NCBI GenBank assembly: GCA_041495865.1
Contig: JBGQDL010000001.1
Coordinates: 4,330 to 68,329, forward strand
Origin: Thermoanaerobaculia bacterium
GTDB lineage: Bacteria > Acidobacteriota > Thermoanaerobaculia > UBA5066
Direction: 5' to 3'
DNA length: 64,000 bases
Positions 36,559-47,611 of this stretch are shown piece after piece. Made by a program: the position numbers and the translations under genes. The notes under the pieces are model-generated. The model ran no database searches. It had not been told where the DNA came from and worked only from the letters and a program-made list of their open reading frames with translations. Position 1 is the first letter of the stretch, and each line of letters begins with the position of its first letter.

Positions 36559-38547
36559 TCAGCGAATGGCCGCGAGCGCCTTTTCCGTCTCGGCGAGGAG
36601 CGCCTCGGGCCCGACGGGCGCGCCCGTGGCCTGCGTCATCCAGAGGTCGGGCGCGATGTTGCCCAGCCTGGCCATGCGCTCGAACTCGGGTCCGATCGCT
36701 CCGGTTTTCTCCATCTGCCGCTCGATCTGGAACGCGATCATGTGGCCGATCGGATAGTCCGGCAGGTAGAGGAACGAGTCGATCATGTGCGAGTAGACCG
36801 CCAGGAGCGTGACGTCCTTCTCGCCGAGGACGCTCGCGAAGAAACGGTTCCACACGTCGCGCGCGATCGCGAGCGTCGCCTTCTTCAGCTCGGCGGGCGT
36901 GGCCTCGGGGTGGTCGTACATGTAGTGCCACACGCCCATGTCGACGAGGGCGACGCCCGCGATCTCGTACGTGCCCCAGAACGCGTCGAGCGTCTGCTGC
37001 GCGCGCGCCTCGGCCGAGGGCTTCGCGAGGCCGAGCAGCTCGAGGTCGTGGCCCTGGAAGACGAACGCCAGCGCTTCGGTGAACGCCGTGTTCGGTACGC
37101 CCTGAAGGAGCGGAAAGTCGATGTCGTAAAGGGAGAACGTCTGCTCGACGTTATGCCCCATCTCGTGAACGGCGATGTTGTAGCCCTTGTAGTTCATGCC
37201 GTCCTTCTCGACGCGCGTCCTGAGGTACGCCTTGTAGCCCCTGAGGCCGGCGCCCGACGCGTGACCCGAGCCGCGCGCGGGATGAACCTCGATGCGGGAC
37301 GCGAGGGTCTCGGCCTTCTCCTTCGCAAAGCCGAGCTTCACGAGGATGTTCGGGATGTCCTTCGCATACGCCTCGGGCGTCGGGTACTTCGCGCGCACGA
37401 GGGCGTCCAGGTCGGCGGCGGACCGCGCAGCCTGCGGCCGGAAGCCGGGGTACCAGACGTCGACGGGCGAAAGCTCTCGCCCGAGCCGCCTCCCGACGAG
37501 GGCCGCCACCTTCGGGACGAGCGGCGACGAGAGCACGTCCTCGAGCATCTTCCTGACCCGCGCTTCGGGGATCTGGCGGTCCTCGTCGAACTTGCGAGCG
37601 AGGAACGTAGGCGCCGTCGGCGAGTAGGGATCTGCCTGCTTCACGGCGCGGAAGCACGCGAGAAGCGTCGCGTAGCGGATGTCGGGCTCGGGGCCCGGAG
37701 CGGCGTCCGCCGCCGGAACGTCGGCGTCCTCGACGGAGGCGCGGCGCGTTTCGTTCGTGAAAGGGTTCCAGTCGACGTTCGGGTTGTCGACGACGGCGCG
37801 CGGAATCGTCTGGTCGACGATGCGCTCCATGACCTTGCGGATGGCGCGCTGCTTCGCGGGCCCTCTCTCGCGGTCGGCGTAGTCGGACTTGATCTCGTCG
37901 CGGAGGTTCCAGTGCGAGAGGAGCCGCATCTTCGCCGGAAAAAGGCGCGTGCCCTTCTCGTCCACGAGGTGGTGCATCCAGATGTTGTACGCGGCGATGT
38001 ACTGGGCCGAGTCGGATTGGGCCTTCGCGATCGCGAGATTCACGCTCGCGGGGATGCGCGTCGCGAACCGGTCGGCGAGGCGCGCCTCGGCCCACTGGCG
38101 GCGCGTCCACGTGCCGCCGAGGCGGAGTTTCTCGTCGAGCGTGTACACGGGGAAGTTGAGGAGCGCCGTGAAGGCGAGCTTGTCGTCGAAGAGGTCGTCC
38201 GTGACGTGCGCGCCCGGGTCGTAGCCCGCGAGCACCTCGTCGAACGGGAGGATCGGCCCGCGGTCGAGGTCCACGTGCATGCGGAGGTCGCGGCCGGCCT
38301 CGCGCATGTGACCGTCGAGCGAGGTGAGCGCGGCCGCGAGCCGCGTGAAGAGCGCGTCGCGCGCCGCCGCGTCGGCCGCCGTGTTCGCCTTCGCGAACGC
38401 CTCGAAGGCCGCCGCGTCGCCGTCGGCCGGACGCCACAGCGCGGCGGCCTGCTTTTTCCCGCGAGCCTGCTCGGGCGTTTCGGCGAGTGCGGCAGACATG
38501 GCGAGTCCCAGGAGGACGAAGAAGAAGAGATTCTTGCTCCCTCTCAT
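36559..38547 (-). CDS. Secreted gluzincin-type zinc metallopeptidase
   Basis: Signal peptide MRGSKNLFFFVLLGLAMSAALA; HEMGH at IAVHEMGHNV with a downstream Glu (FTEALAF) 26 aa after the motif. Confidence 0.7.
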   Translation of the reverse strand: MRGSKNLFFFVLLGLAMSAALAETPEQARGKKQAAALWRPADGDAAAFEAFAKANTAADAAARDALFTRLAAALTSLDGHMREAGRDLRMHVDLDRGPILPFDEVLAGYDPGAHVTDDLFDDKLAFTALLNFPVYTLDEKLRLGGTWTRRQWAEARLADRFATRIPASVNLAIAKAQSDSAQYIAAYNIWMHHLVDEKGTRLFPAKMRLLSHWNLRDEIKSDYADRERGPAKQRAIRKVMERIVDQTIPRAVVDNPNVDWNPFTNETRRASVEDADVPAADAAPGPEPDIRYATLLACFRAVKQADPYSPTAPTFLARKFDEDRQIPEARVRKMLEDVLSSPLVPKVAALVGRRLGRELSPVDVWYPGFRPQAARSAADLDALVRAKYPTPEAYAKDIPNILVKLGFAKEKAETLASRIEVHPARGSGHASGAGLRGYKAYLRTRVEKDGMNYKGYNIAVHEMGHNVEQTFSLYDIDFPLLQGVPNTAFTEALAFVFQGHDLELLGLAKPSAEARAQQTLDAFWGTYEIAGVALVDMGVWHYMYDHPEATPAELKKATLAIARDVWNRFFASVLGEKDVTLLAVYSHMIDSFLYLPDYPIGHMIAFQIERQMEKTGAIGPEFERMARLGNIAPDLWMTQATGAPVGPEALLAETEKALAAIR

Positions 38548-38600
38548 CTGGCTGGCCGGTATCTTAGCGGCTTGCCTCGAAGCAGCGGGAGTCGGCGCTT

Positions 38601-38637
38601 TTCTTAGAAGGGGAATTAGGGTCCCCCTTTCTAAGAA
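38601..38637. promoter_or_regulatory. Imperfect 13-17 bp palindrome, TTCTTAGAAGGGG-aattagg-GTCCCCCTTTCTAAGAA, in the AT-rich gap upstream of the metallopeptidase gene
   Basis: Inverted repeat read directly; lies between the stop of the giant gene (38651) and the start of the peptidase (38547). Candidate operator, or a terminator of weak U-tract quality. Confidence 0.35.
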
Positions 38638-38650
38638 TCTTCAATCTTTT

Positions 38651-41600
38651 CTATGGCAGCGGGACGGAGGTGATTGCGCCCTCCGCGATGTTGAACGTCG
38701 TGCCGCCGCCGCTGTCCAGCGTGAGGACGTAGCTGCCCGGCGCGAGGTTCGCGAGGCGCCTGAAGCCGGTCTGGCCGCTGGCGTCGGCCGTGATCGCGAT
38801 GCGTCCGTCCGCGCTGAAGAGTGTGTACGGGTAGGGAACGCCCGCCGCGGTCTTCAGCGTCCCGCGCACGATGCCCTTCACGAAGGACTTCGGCCCGACG
38901 GCGATGTCGGCCGAGCCGCCCGGTGTGAGGGTGACAGGCACGGGCTGCTGCGAAGGTGCCGACACGCTCGCGAGGTAAACGGTCGCGTAGCCGCTCGCGT
39001 TCACGAAGATGGCGTACCCGCCCGGCTTGAGCGACGGGATCTCGCCCGCCCCGTTCGTGTCGAGCGCGATCGAGCCCGTGAAGACGGCGGACTGGTTCAC
39101 ATCGAGGACGCGTGCCATGACGCTGCGCAGCGGCACACCGTAGATTCCGTCCCTCACCTGGATGCCGATTCCCTGCCCGCGCGCGAGCTCGACGGAGACA
39201 TTCTCGCTGCTGCCGTCGTCGGCCGCCGTGAGGCTGCGCTTCTCGAACTGGTAGTCGGTCTTCTGGGAATTGAGCGTGTAGGCCTGCGGCACGATGTCCG
39301 CGAACTGGAAGTGCCCGTTGCTGTCGGTCGTCGTCATGCGCTGCATCGCGACGCTGCCCGTTCCTCCCGCCGAGGCGAGGGAGACGGTGGCGTCGGCCAG
39401 CGGCTGCTTCGTGTCGGCGTCCGTGACGACCCCGGCCACCTTCGCCATCGGGAATGTCAGGTCGAGGCTCTGGTCGTTCGTGAGCGAGACGGTCTGCCTG
39501 ACCTGTGAGCCGCCGCCGGCGAGCGGATCGCCCATGGCGGTGACGGTGTACGAGCCTTCCTGGAGGCCCTGCAGCGCGTAGCCACCGCCCTCGTCCGCGC
39601 GCGTCGTCGCCTGGCGGCCGCCGCCGCCCTGCAGGTTCGCGACGACCATGGCGTTCGCGACAGGCTGGCCCGCGCGCGTGACGTGACCGCTCAGCGCGAA
39701 TCCGACGTCGAAGACGATCTCCGTCTGGAGGACGGGCACGTCGTCGCTCGCCGTGACCTGCTTCGTCGCGCTGCGCGACGTGCCGAGGCCGTCGCCCGCC
39801 TGCGCCCGAAGCGTCACCGGGCCCGCCGGCACGCCCGAGACCGCGAAGGTGCCGTCGGCGCCGACCTTCGTGCTCGCGAAGAAGGCCTGGGCGCCCGTCA
39901 CCATGACCGTCATCCCGCTCCGCATCGTGTCGGGCAGGCCGGATACGGTCCCCTGGATCGTCGAGCCCGCAGAAAGCGAGAGCACGAGGTCGCTCTTCGA
40001 ATCGCCCGCCTGGAGGACGAACTCCGAGAGGCTGCTCGACTTGCCGTTCATTCCAGCCGACACCGAGTAGCGGCCCGCGCCAAGGTGATCGAAGTGGAAG
40101 CGCCCCGCCGCGTCGGACGTCGTCGTCTGGCTGCCCCCCAGGATGCGGCCGAACCCCGTGTCCCCGGCGGCCGAGAGCGCGACCTCCGCGCTCGGGAGGG
40201 GCTGGCTCCCGGCCACGACGACGCCGCTCGCGGAGCCGCCGGTCGTGAGCTTGATCTCGACGGTGCCGCCCGTCTCCTTGACGTCGGCCACTTCGCTGCC
40301 GTCGGTGTAATCGGGGTTCTTCGCGGTGACCTTCAGGCGCCCGACTCCGATGCCGTCGATCTCGAAGTTCCCCTCCGCATCCGTGGTGACGTCGCCTTCG
40401 CCCCCCAGCGCGGCGAGGGGACCGCCACGACCGCCGAATCCGCCCGGGCCTCCGCTGCCCGCCACTTCGTGCGTGATGCTCGCGTTGGCCACGGGACGCC
40501 CGGTGCGGGCATCCGTGACGCGGCCCTTGAGGACGACGCCCGGCGTCGCGCGCACCTCGACATGGTCCTTGACGCCGTTCTCCTCGACGACGAGGTTCGC
40601 GACGCGCGCCTGCTGATACCCCTTGGACTCGACGACGACGGTCCACGTCCCCGACGGCACGTCTTCGAGCGCGAATGTGCCGTCCTCCGTGTTGACGTCG
40701 CGCTTCTGGCCGATCCCCGTCTGCGCGCCCGCGCCGCGCGCGACGAGCCGGATGATGGCACCGCCGCCGCGGTCCGGCTCGTACGAGACCGAGAAGTTCC
40801 TGAGCGGCTGACCGCTCCGCGCGTCCAGCGCGGTCCCCGCGATGCGGCCGGTGCCGGCCACCACGAGGTCGACGTTCGCGGCCGGCGCCACGACGCCGTG
40901 CTTCTGCGGTCCGAGGCCAACGCCGCCGAACACGGACAGGTCGTAGACCTGGCCCGGCTTCAGCCCTTCGATGACGAAGAGGCCGTCTGGACCCGTCGCG
41001 AGGTCGGTGCCCGTGCCCGCGAAGGGCCCCCCGGCACCGGCCGCGCCGCGGCCGCCGGTCCCCACGCGCACCAGGTATCCCTCCGCGCCCTCACCGCTCT
41101 TCTTGCGCACGATGCCAGCAATGCTGGCCCCGGGGCCGAGCGTCACGGCCACTCTCTCCGCGCCCGTGTCGGTCACCTTGACGGGATCGACCCGCTCGTT
41201 CGCGAAACCGGACTTTCGGACATGCAGCGCGTACTCGCCCACGGACATGCCCGTGATGTGGAAAGTGCCGTCGGCCGCCGTCTTCGTCTTCGGCCGCTGG
41301 CTCGGGCCGCCGAGGCGCGCGAAGTTCGCGACCATGCCTCCGGCGCCCGCGCGGAAGTTCACGGACGGATCGACCTGCACTTCGACGTCCGCGATCGGCT
41401 GGTCGTTCGCGTCCTTCACGACGCCCGAGATCGTCGCGCCGCGGCGCATCACGATCGCCACGTCGCTCTTCGTCCCGCCCGAAGGCAGGGAAAGTCCGGC
41501 GAGGGTCGCGCGCTCGAAGTCGGCGTGGCTCACGGTGAGGCGCTGGTTGTCCCCCGGGAAAAGGCGCGTCGCCTTGAACGTGCCGTCCTGGCGCGTGCGA

Positions 41601-42941
41601 AACGCCGTCGTCTCGCCGCCGACGCGCAGCATCCTTCGAATCCCCGCGATCGCGTTCTCGCCGCGGCGATTGAGCGTCCCCCGGGCCGCGGGGACAGGAG
41701 CGCCGTTTTCGTCGACGACCTTGCCGATCAGAGTGGCTGAAAGCGAGACCGCGACGTCGAGTCGCCTCGCCTCACCGGGCGCGAGCGCGAGCTCCGGCTT
41801 CACCCACGGCACGTAGCGCGCCTCGTCGACCGAGAGCCGGTACGTCTGGGGTGGAACGCCCTTCAGGTGGTAGAGGCCATCCGGTCCCGTGCGCGCGAGG
41901 CGGGCAAAGCCGTTCGCCTTGACGAAGACTTTCGCGCGCGGGACGACGCGCCCCGTCTTGTCGTCTACGACCTTGCCGTCGAGCGACGCGGGCAGCGCAA
42001 GCGTGATCGTGAGCGACTTGCCCTCGCCGAGCGGCAGCTTCACGTCCGGCCGGCTTCCCCAGCCGGCTTCTCCCGCATCGACGACGATCGTGCCGCGCCC
42101 GTCGGGCGCGTGCGGGATCGTGAAACGCCCCTCGGCGTCGGTCTCGACCCATCGCGTCGTCGCCCGGGTGCTCTCGAAACGCACGAGCGCGCCTGCAGTG
42201 GGCTTCTTGTTCGCACCGAGGACGGCGCCCGTCACCGGATCCCCCGCGAGCGCCGCGATCGGGCGCGGAACCGCGCCCGCCCGGAGGCCGGTCTCCCGCG
42301 CCGGCGCGAGCCCGGCCTTCTCGATCGTGATGCGGTTCCCCGTGGCGCTCGCCTCTTCGAACTGGAACCTGCCGTCCTCGCCCGTGACGGCGGTGCGGGT
42401 CACGACGCGATACGCGAGGTCGTCGCCGCTTGCGACGCCGGGCTCGAGCGAGACCGCGGCTCCTCCGAGCGGCTTGCCGGAGGCGTCGACCGCGATCCCC
42501 GAGAGCTTTTCGCCGTGCGGCAGGATGTGCTCGCCCAGGTCCTCGGTCTCGGCAGCATCGTAGACGCCTTCAAAGAGCACCGGCACGATGCCCGCTCCCT
42601 CGGCCCTCACCGAAAAGAGCCTCTCCTTGCCCGGCTCGGCCGGCGGGACCGTGAGCACGAAGGACCCGTCCGGCCCGCTCGTCGCCGAGGCGAAGGGCTT
42701 CGGCGCCTCGCCTCCCTTCATCTCACGCCGGGCCATTTCTCCGGGCGTTTCCCAGGGAACCGCGGAGATCGTGACGCCCGGCGCAGGCTTGTCCGCGCGG
42801 TCTGCGACGAGGATGCGGCCACGGATCTCGCCCGCGCCCGCCGGAGCCGTCAGGACGAGGGAAGCCACGAGCGGGACGATTCGACTCACGAAAGCCGCTG
42901 GGAACTTGACCACGGGGAGATCCTCCACGCCGAATTGACCC
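38651..42941 (-). CDS. Giant secreted protein of about 15 tandem carboxypeptidase-regulatory-like (CarboxypepD_reg / Cna-B-type) beta-sandwich domains
   Basis: GGAGGA RBS then GTG 42941; signal peptide; recurrent ~85-aa unit GxVxDxxGxPxxxAxVxxxx...TxxDGxFxxxxLxxGxYxLxxxxxGF repeated along 1430 aa. Confidence 0.75.
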
Positions 42942-43124
42942 TCAGGGGGGTCGATTGGGAAGCAGCGAGCAACTCCAGGGCCATGCGGCTCCGCCGCCAC
43001 GGGGTCATTCAGAGCAAGACGCCCGCGACGAAGAAAGGTTGCGTCCCGCCGTGGGTCGAGCGCGGGCCCGGGGGAAACATGTGGAACACTATCAGCGGCT
43101 CACGAAGGGAGGATTCGTGCCTTC

Positions 43125-43847
43125 TTGGTCACAGGATCGCGGACACGCGAGGAGACCCGCGTGAGCGCCGAGGAACCCCTGGGCACGCGCCCCGCCTACC
43201 GGCTCTGGGCGGCGACGTACGACGTCGAGAACCCGCTCACGACGATGGACTCGCTTGCCGTGCACTTCTTCTCGCACGACATCGAGGGAAAGGCCCTGCT
43301 CGACGCGGCCTGCGGCACCGCGCGCCGGCTCGTTTTTCCGAAAGGGCACGGGCCGAAGAGCGCCTGCGGTGTGGACCTCGTCTTCGAGATGCTGGCCGCC
43401 GGCCGCCGCGACCCCGCGCGGCCGCGCACGACCGCCGGCGGCGACCTCAAGGCACTGCCCTTCGGCGCGGAGCGCTTCGACGTCGTGTGGTGCCGGCTCG
43501 CGGCCGGCCATCTGCTCCGGATCGCGCCGCTCTACCGGGAGCTCGCGCGGGTTCTTCGCAGGGGCGGGTACACCGTCGTGACGGATTTCCACCCGGACGC
43601 CATCCGGCGGGGCCACGCGCGCGCGTTTCGCGACGCCTCGGGAGCCGCGCACGTCGTCGAACACGTCGTGCACGATGTCGCCGCCCACGAAGCCGCCGCG
43701 CGCGAGGCGGGTCTCACCTTCGACGCCTCGGGCTCGCTCGGCGTCGGCGCGGAGGTCTGGCCCTTCTACGAGCGCGCCAAGAAACTCGACCGCTATGCGA
43801 AGGACGCGGGCCTGCCGCTCCTTCTCGCGCTGCGCTTCTCGAAATGA
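43125..43847 (+). CDS. Class I SAM-dependent methyltransferase
   Basis: LLDAACGTARRL (motif I GxGxG-like), DVVWCRLAAGHL, RVLRRGGYTVVTDFHPD; start may be GTG 43158. Confidence 0.65.
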   Translation: MVTGSRTREETRVSAEEPLGTRPAYRLWAATYDVENPLTTMDSLAVHFFSHDIEGKALLDAACGTARRLVFPKGHGPKSACGVDLVFEMLAAGRRDPARPRTTAGGDLKALPFGAERFDVVWCRLAAGHLLRIAPLYRELARVLRRGGYTVVTDFHPDAIRRGHARAFRDASGAAHVVEHVVHDVAAHEAAAREAGLTFDASGSLGVGAEVWPFYERAKKLDRYAKDAGLPLLLALRFSK

Positions 43848-43860
43848 GGATGCCGGAAGA

Positions 43861-44184
43861 TCACTTCCAATGGCCCTCGACCCAGTACCAGCCGTCGCGG
43901 TGATGCCTCCACTTTCCACTCACCCACACGGCGCGGGGGTGGGGAGCGCGGTCCCAATGGCCCGGCACCCACGCGTAGACGCCGTCACGCCACGCGTGAT
44001 AACCCGCGATCCAGACGTGGTCGGGTCCCGGAGCGCTGCTCCGGACCTCGACGAGGGTCGCCGGCGGGGGCGTGCGGATGTAAACGACACCCCGCGGAGG
44101 CGCGACGACACAGGCGCCGAGCAGAAACGTCGCGAAAGCCGCAGCCGCCGGTAAACACATTCGGAATGAGGGTCTTCGAATCAT
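43861..44184 (-). CDS. Small lipoprotein with W-rich WxxGxW-type repeats (BcpO-related-like)
   Basis: GAGGAGAAGATC then ATG 44184; signal/lipobox FLLGAC; repeats GYHAWRDGVYAWVPGHW / SGKWRHHRDGWYWVEGHW. Confidence 0.5.
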   Translation of the reverse strand: MIRRPSFRMCLPAAAAFATFLLGACVVAPPRGVVYIRTPPPATLVEVRSSAPGPDHVWIAGYHAWRDGVYAWVPGHWDRAPHPRAVWVSGKWRHHRDGWYWVEGHWK

Positions 44185-44284
44185 GATCTTCTCCTCGCGG
44201 AATTCCGCCCTTCGGCATGGGGCTCGCACATGTCGTGCCATGTACACTCATAAAGACGCCCGTTTGGCGTCTCGGCACACCCAC

Positions 44285-47200
44285 ATGAGACGACGTATCG
44301 AGGTCCGCGGTTGGCGCGCCCGCGTCATTCCCGTGGCGCTGCTCACGACTTTTCTGACGGCTGCGCCCGGGCGCGCGGGCCTCGTCTTCTCCCCCGTGGA
44401 AACGCTCCCAGGCGCGGACGCGACCGCGCTCGCCGGAGGCGGCGCGACGCTCTGGGCAGCGACGCCGCGCGGCGTGTGGCGCCTCGAAGGAGGCGCGTGG
44501 ACTCTCGACGGGCTCTCGGCGCGGACGGTCTCGTCGATCGTCGTCGCCGATACCGTTTACGCGGCCGACGGCGAGCAGGTGTGGCGGCGCGGGGTCGACG
44601 GGACCTGGACCCCGGAAACTCTCCCCGGCGCAGTCTCCCGTCCCTCCCGTCTCGCGACGGATGGAGCGGCGGTGTGGGCAGCGGGCCTCGGCGTCGCGAA
44701 GCGCTCCTCCGGAACCTGGGCGGCGCTCGCGAATCCGGGCGCACTCGTGACCGCGGCGGCCGTCGTGTCCGGCGATCTCGCCGTCGGCATGCGCGGCGGC
44801 GCGGCGCAGTACGCCGGCGCGTCGGTCACGCCGATCTCGACCGGGCTTCCGGTCGCGTCCACGGTTCAGGCGCTCGCGAGCATAAGCGGCGCGCTCTACG
44901 CCGGCACCGACCGGACGCTCTATACGTTCGCGGGCTCATGGACCCCGGTCCCCGGCTTCGGAACGCACGACGTGCGCGCCATCACGGACGCGGGCGGCAC
45001 GGTGCGCGTGGCGACCGCCGACGCGGGGGTTCTCTCCCGCGCGGGAACCTGGCTGGCCACGAACACGGGACTCCTCGTCGCGTCGGCGAAGAGCTTCGCG
45101 ACGCTGGGAAGCGATCTCTACGTCGGCACGGCCGGCGCGCCCATTTACCGGCTTTCCGGGAGCTCGTGGAGCGCGGCCGGAACCGGGCTCTACGCGGCGT
45201 CCATCGCCGAGGTGAAGACCGTCATCGGCGAGACGTTCGTCGGCGCGCACGGGGCCGGCATCACCGTGGTCCCCGGGGGGAATTTCGCCCCGGAGGGCTG
45301 CGGAGACGTGCGCGCGATGGCGGCCAACTCCGTGAACCTTTTTGCCACCACGAATTGTCATCTTTACGTCTGGCCTCTCGGGCCGAGCGTGTTCAACCCG
45401 CCTTCGGTCGTGGAGGACGGTTTGCCCCCGGGCGTCGCCATCAGCTCGCTCGCGGCGGTTTCGGACCTCAGCATCGCCGGCGGCACGCTGAACGCGGGAA
45501 TGTGGCGGTTCGTGCAAAGCACGTGGTCGTCCGACAACGCGGGCCTACCCGCGAGCGGAAGCGTGCTGACGGCTCGGGAGGTGGGCGGGAAGCTCTACGC
45601 CTCGGTGGGATCGAGCCTCTTCGTCCGCCAGGAGAGCGCCTGGCAGGCGTCCACCGGCGCTCCCGCGTTCGTGCAGGCGCTCGGCGGCGACGCGAGCGTC
45701 GTTTTCGCGGGGCCGGCGTCCGGCGGAATCTCGTCCTCGTCGGGCGCGTGGCGCAAAGACGCCTTCGGCGCGAACACGGCGTTCGTCTCGTCGTTCGACG
45801 CGGACGGCCGTTTCGCCGTGGCGGGCGCGGGCACCGCGGGAGTCCTGCGAAGGACAGGCGGCGGCTGGCAGCCGGAGAACTCGGGACTTCCCGCGGGCGC
45901 GGACGTGCGCGTGGTGCGCCGGAGCGGCGACGCCGGTAACCTGTACGCGGGCACGGCGGGTCACGGGCTCTTCCTCGCGTCGACGACCTCGTCCGCGAAG
46001 TACATCCCCGTGGTCCTCGACGTGACGGGCGCCACCGGCGCGCGCTTCCGATCCGACCTCACGCTCGGAAACCGCTCGACCGAGCCCGTGACGGTCACGG
46101 TGGGCTTCGTCGGCGCACCCGACTTCGCCCTGCCCGCGGACCACGGCTCCTTTGCGGTCTCGCTGGCGCCCTCCTCGGAGCTGCGCGCGCCGGACGCGCT
46201 CCAGTTTCTCCGCGACCGCGGCCTCGCGATCACGCCCGGCGCCTCGGGCACCGCGGGCTCGATCTTCGTCGCGGGCGACCCGCAGGCGCTTCCCTCGGAC
46301 GCGACCGACGCCGTGTACGCCTTCTCGCGCACGTACACGGCCGGCGCCGCCGGGAGCTTCGGCACGTTTCTCGACGCCCCGTCCGACCTCGACGCCGCCG
46401 AGGACGAAGGCTCGATCTACGGGCTCCGGAGCATTTCCGGCACATCGCGCTCGAATCTCGCCGTCGGTCACGTCCCGGGCCGTGGCGGCGAGTCCGTGTC
46501 GCTTTCCATCCAGGTGTACGACCAGAGCGGCGCGGCCGCGGGCGCGCCGATCCTCACGACACTGAACCCGGGCGAATGGAGGCAGTTCAACGGAATCCTC
46601 GGCCTCGCGGGGTTGCCCGATGGCGCGTATGGCTACGCGAAGATCGCGCGCACGCACGGAACCGGAGCGTGGACCGCCTATGGGGTCGTGAACGACGCAA
46701 AGACGTCCGACGGCTCGATCCTGCCGCTCTACCGGCCCGGCGGCCTCGCCGCCGCGCGGAGGCTCGTGGTGCCCGTCGTTCTCGACCTGTTCGGCGCCGC
46801 TCTGTCGCACTACACCACGGAGGTGACGCTGGCGAACGACGGCGATTTCCCGACGCCCGTGGACCTCGTCTACCGGCCGGCGCCGAACTTCGGGTCCTCG
46901 ACAGGCGTGCCGGTCGTCACGCTGGCGCTCGCCGCGCACGAACAGACGACGGTCCCGGACGTCCTCGCGTATCTGAGGGCCCACGGCGTCAACATTCCCG
47001 ACCCTTCGACGGGGCCGCAGGCCGGATCGCTCTCGATCGACTTCCGCAACCTCGGGGGCCTCGACGGGCCGAAGACGGTTGCGCTCGCGCGCACGACGAC
47101 GCCGAACACGGACGCGGAGACGGGTGGCGCGTTCGGCGTCGCCTACCCCGGAGTCGCGAAAGGCGGCGGCGCGCGCGCGTCGGCGCTCGTGCCGGGCCTC

Positions 47201-47527
47201 ACGCGCGACGCCTCCGTGCGCTCGAACCTCGCCGTGGTCCACCTCGGAGGCGGTTCGGAGATCCCGCTCTCGCTGTCGGTCCGCCTCTTCGACGCGGCCA
47301 CCGGGCAGGCCGTGGGTAGTCCGATCACCGTCACGCTGCAGCCGGGCGACTGGACGCAGTGGTCGGGCGTCTTCGATACCGCGGGCGTGCCCGCGGGCAC
47401 GACGACAGCCTATGCGGTGGTCACCCGGGTCGCCGGCGACGACACCTGGCTCGCGTACGGCGTGCTCAACGACGCGGAGACGTCCGACGGCAGCATTCTC
47501 CGGATGCTCTCGGCCAGCGAATACTGA
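44285..47527 (+). CDS. Large secreted protein: N-terminal beta-propeller-like W-repeat region plus two copies of an unrecognised ~190-aa C-terminal domain
   Basis: Signal peptide MRRRIEVRGWRARVIPVALLTTFLTAAPGRAG; about 600 aa of GxWxxxxxGL-type blades; domain copies start YIPVVLDVTGATGARFRSDLTLGNRS and LVVPVVLDLFGAALSHYTTEVTLAND, each ending YGVxNDAxTSDGSIL. Confidence 0.7.
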   Translation: MRRRIEVRGWRARVIPVALLTTFLTAAPGRAGLVFSPVETLPGADATALAGGGATLWAATPRGVWRLEGGAWTLDGLSARTVSSIVVADTVYAADGEQVWRRGVDGTWTPETLPGAVSRPSRLATDGAAVWAAGLGVAKRSSGTWAALANPGALVTAAAVVSGDLAVGMRGGAAQYAGASVTPISTGLPVASTVQALASISGALYAGTDRTLYTFAGSWTPVPGFGTHDVRAITDAGGTVRVATADAGVLSRAGTWLATNTGLLVASAKSFATLGSDLYVGTAGAPIYRLSGSSWSAAGTGLYAASIAEVKTVIGETFVGAHGAGITVVPGGNFAPEGCGDVRAMAANSVNLFATTNCHLYVWPLGPSVFNPPSVVEDGLPPGVAISSLAAVSDLSIAGGTLNAGMWRFVQSTWSSDNAGLPASGSVLTAREVGGKLYASVGSSLFVRQESAWQASTGAPAFVQALGGDASVVFAGPASGGISSSSGAWRKDAFGANTAFVSSFDADGRFAVAGAGTAGVLRRTGGGWQPENSGLPAGADVRVVRRSGDAGNLYAGTAGHGLFLASTTSSAKYIPVVLDVTGATGARFRSDLTLGNRSTEPVTVTVGFVGAPDFALPADHGSFAVSLAPSSELRAPDALQFLRDRGLAITPGASGTAGSIFVAGDPQALPSDATDAVYAFSRTYTAGAAGSFGTFLDAPSDLDAAEDEGSIYGLRSISGTSRSNLAVGHVPGRGGESVSLSIQVYDQSGAAAGAPILTTLNPGEWRQFNGILGLAGLPDGAYGYAKIARTHGTGAWTAYGVVNDAKTSDGSILPLYRPGGLAAARRLVVPVVLDLFGAALSHYTTEVTLANDGDFPTPVDLVYRPAPNFGSSTGVPVVTLALAAHEQTTVPDVLAYLRAHGVNIPDPSTGPQAGSLSIDFRNLGGLDGPKTVALARTTTPNTDAETGGAFGVAYPGVAKGGGARASALVPGLTRDASVRSNLAVVHLGGGSEIPLSLSVRLFDAATGQAVGSPITVTLQPGDWTQWSGVFDTAGVPAGTTTAYAVVTRVAGDDTWLAYGVLNDAETSDGSILRMLSASEY

Positions 47528-47611
47528 CCGGGCCGAGAAAGGTCGTCCCGCCGGCCTACACTTACAGAGGAACCGCACCCTTTTCGGCGGAGCGGCTTCG
47601 AAGGAGCCTTC

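Noticed and set aside
38631-41740. Several long ORFs (38631-40646 minus, 39683-41740 plus, 40333-40920 minus)
   Set aside because: Alternative frames or antisense of the 1430-aa CarboxypepD_reg repeat gene; Arg-rich junk translations.
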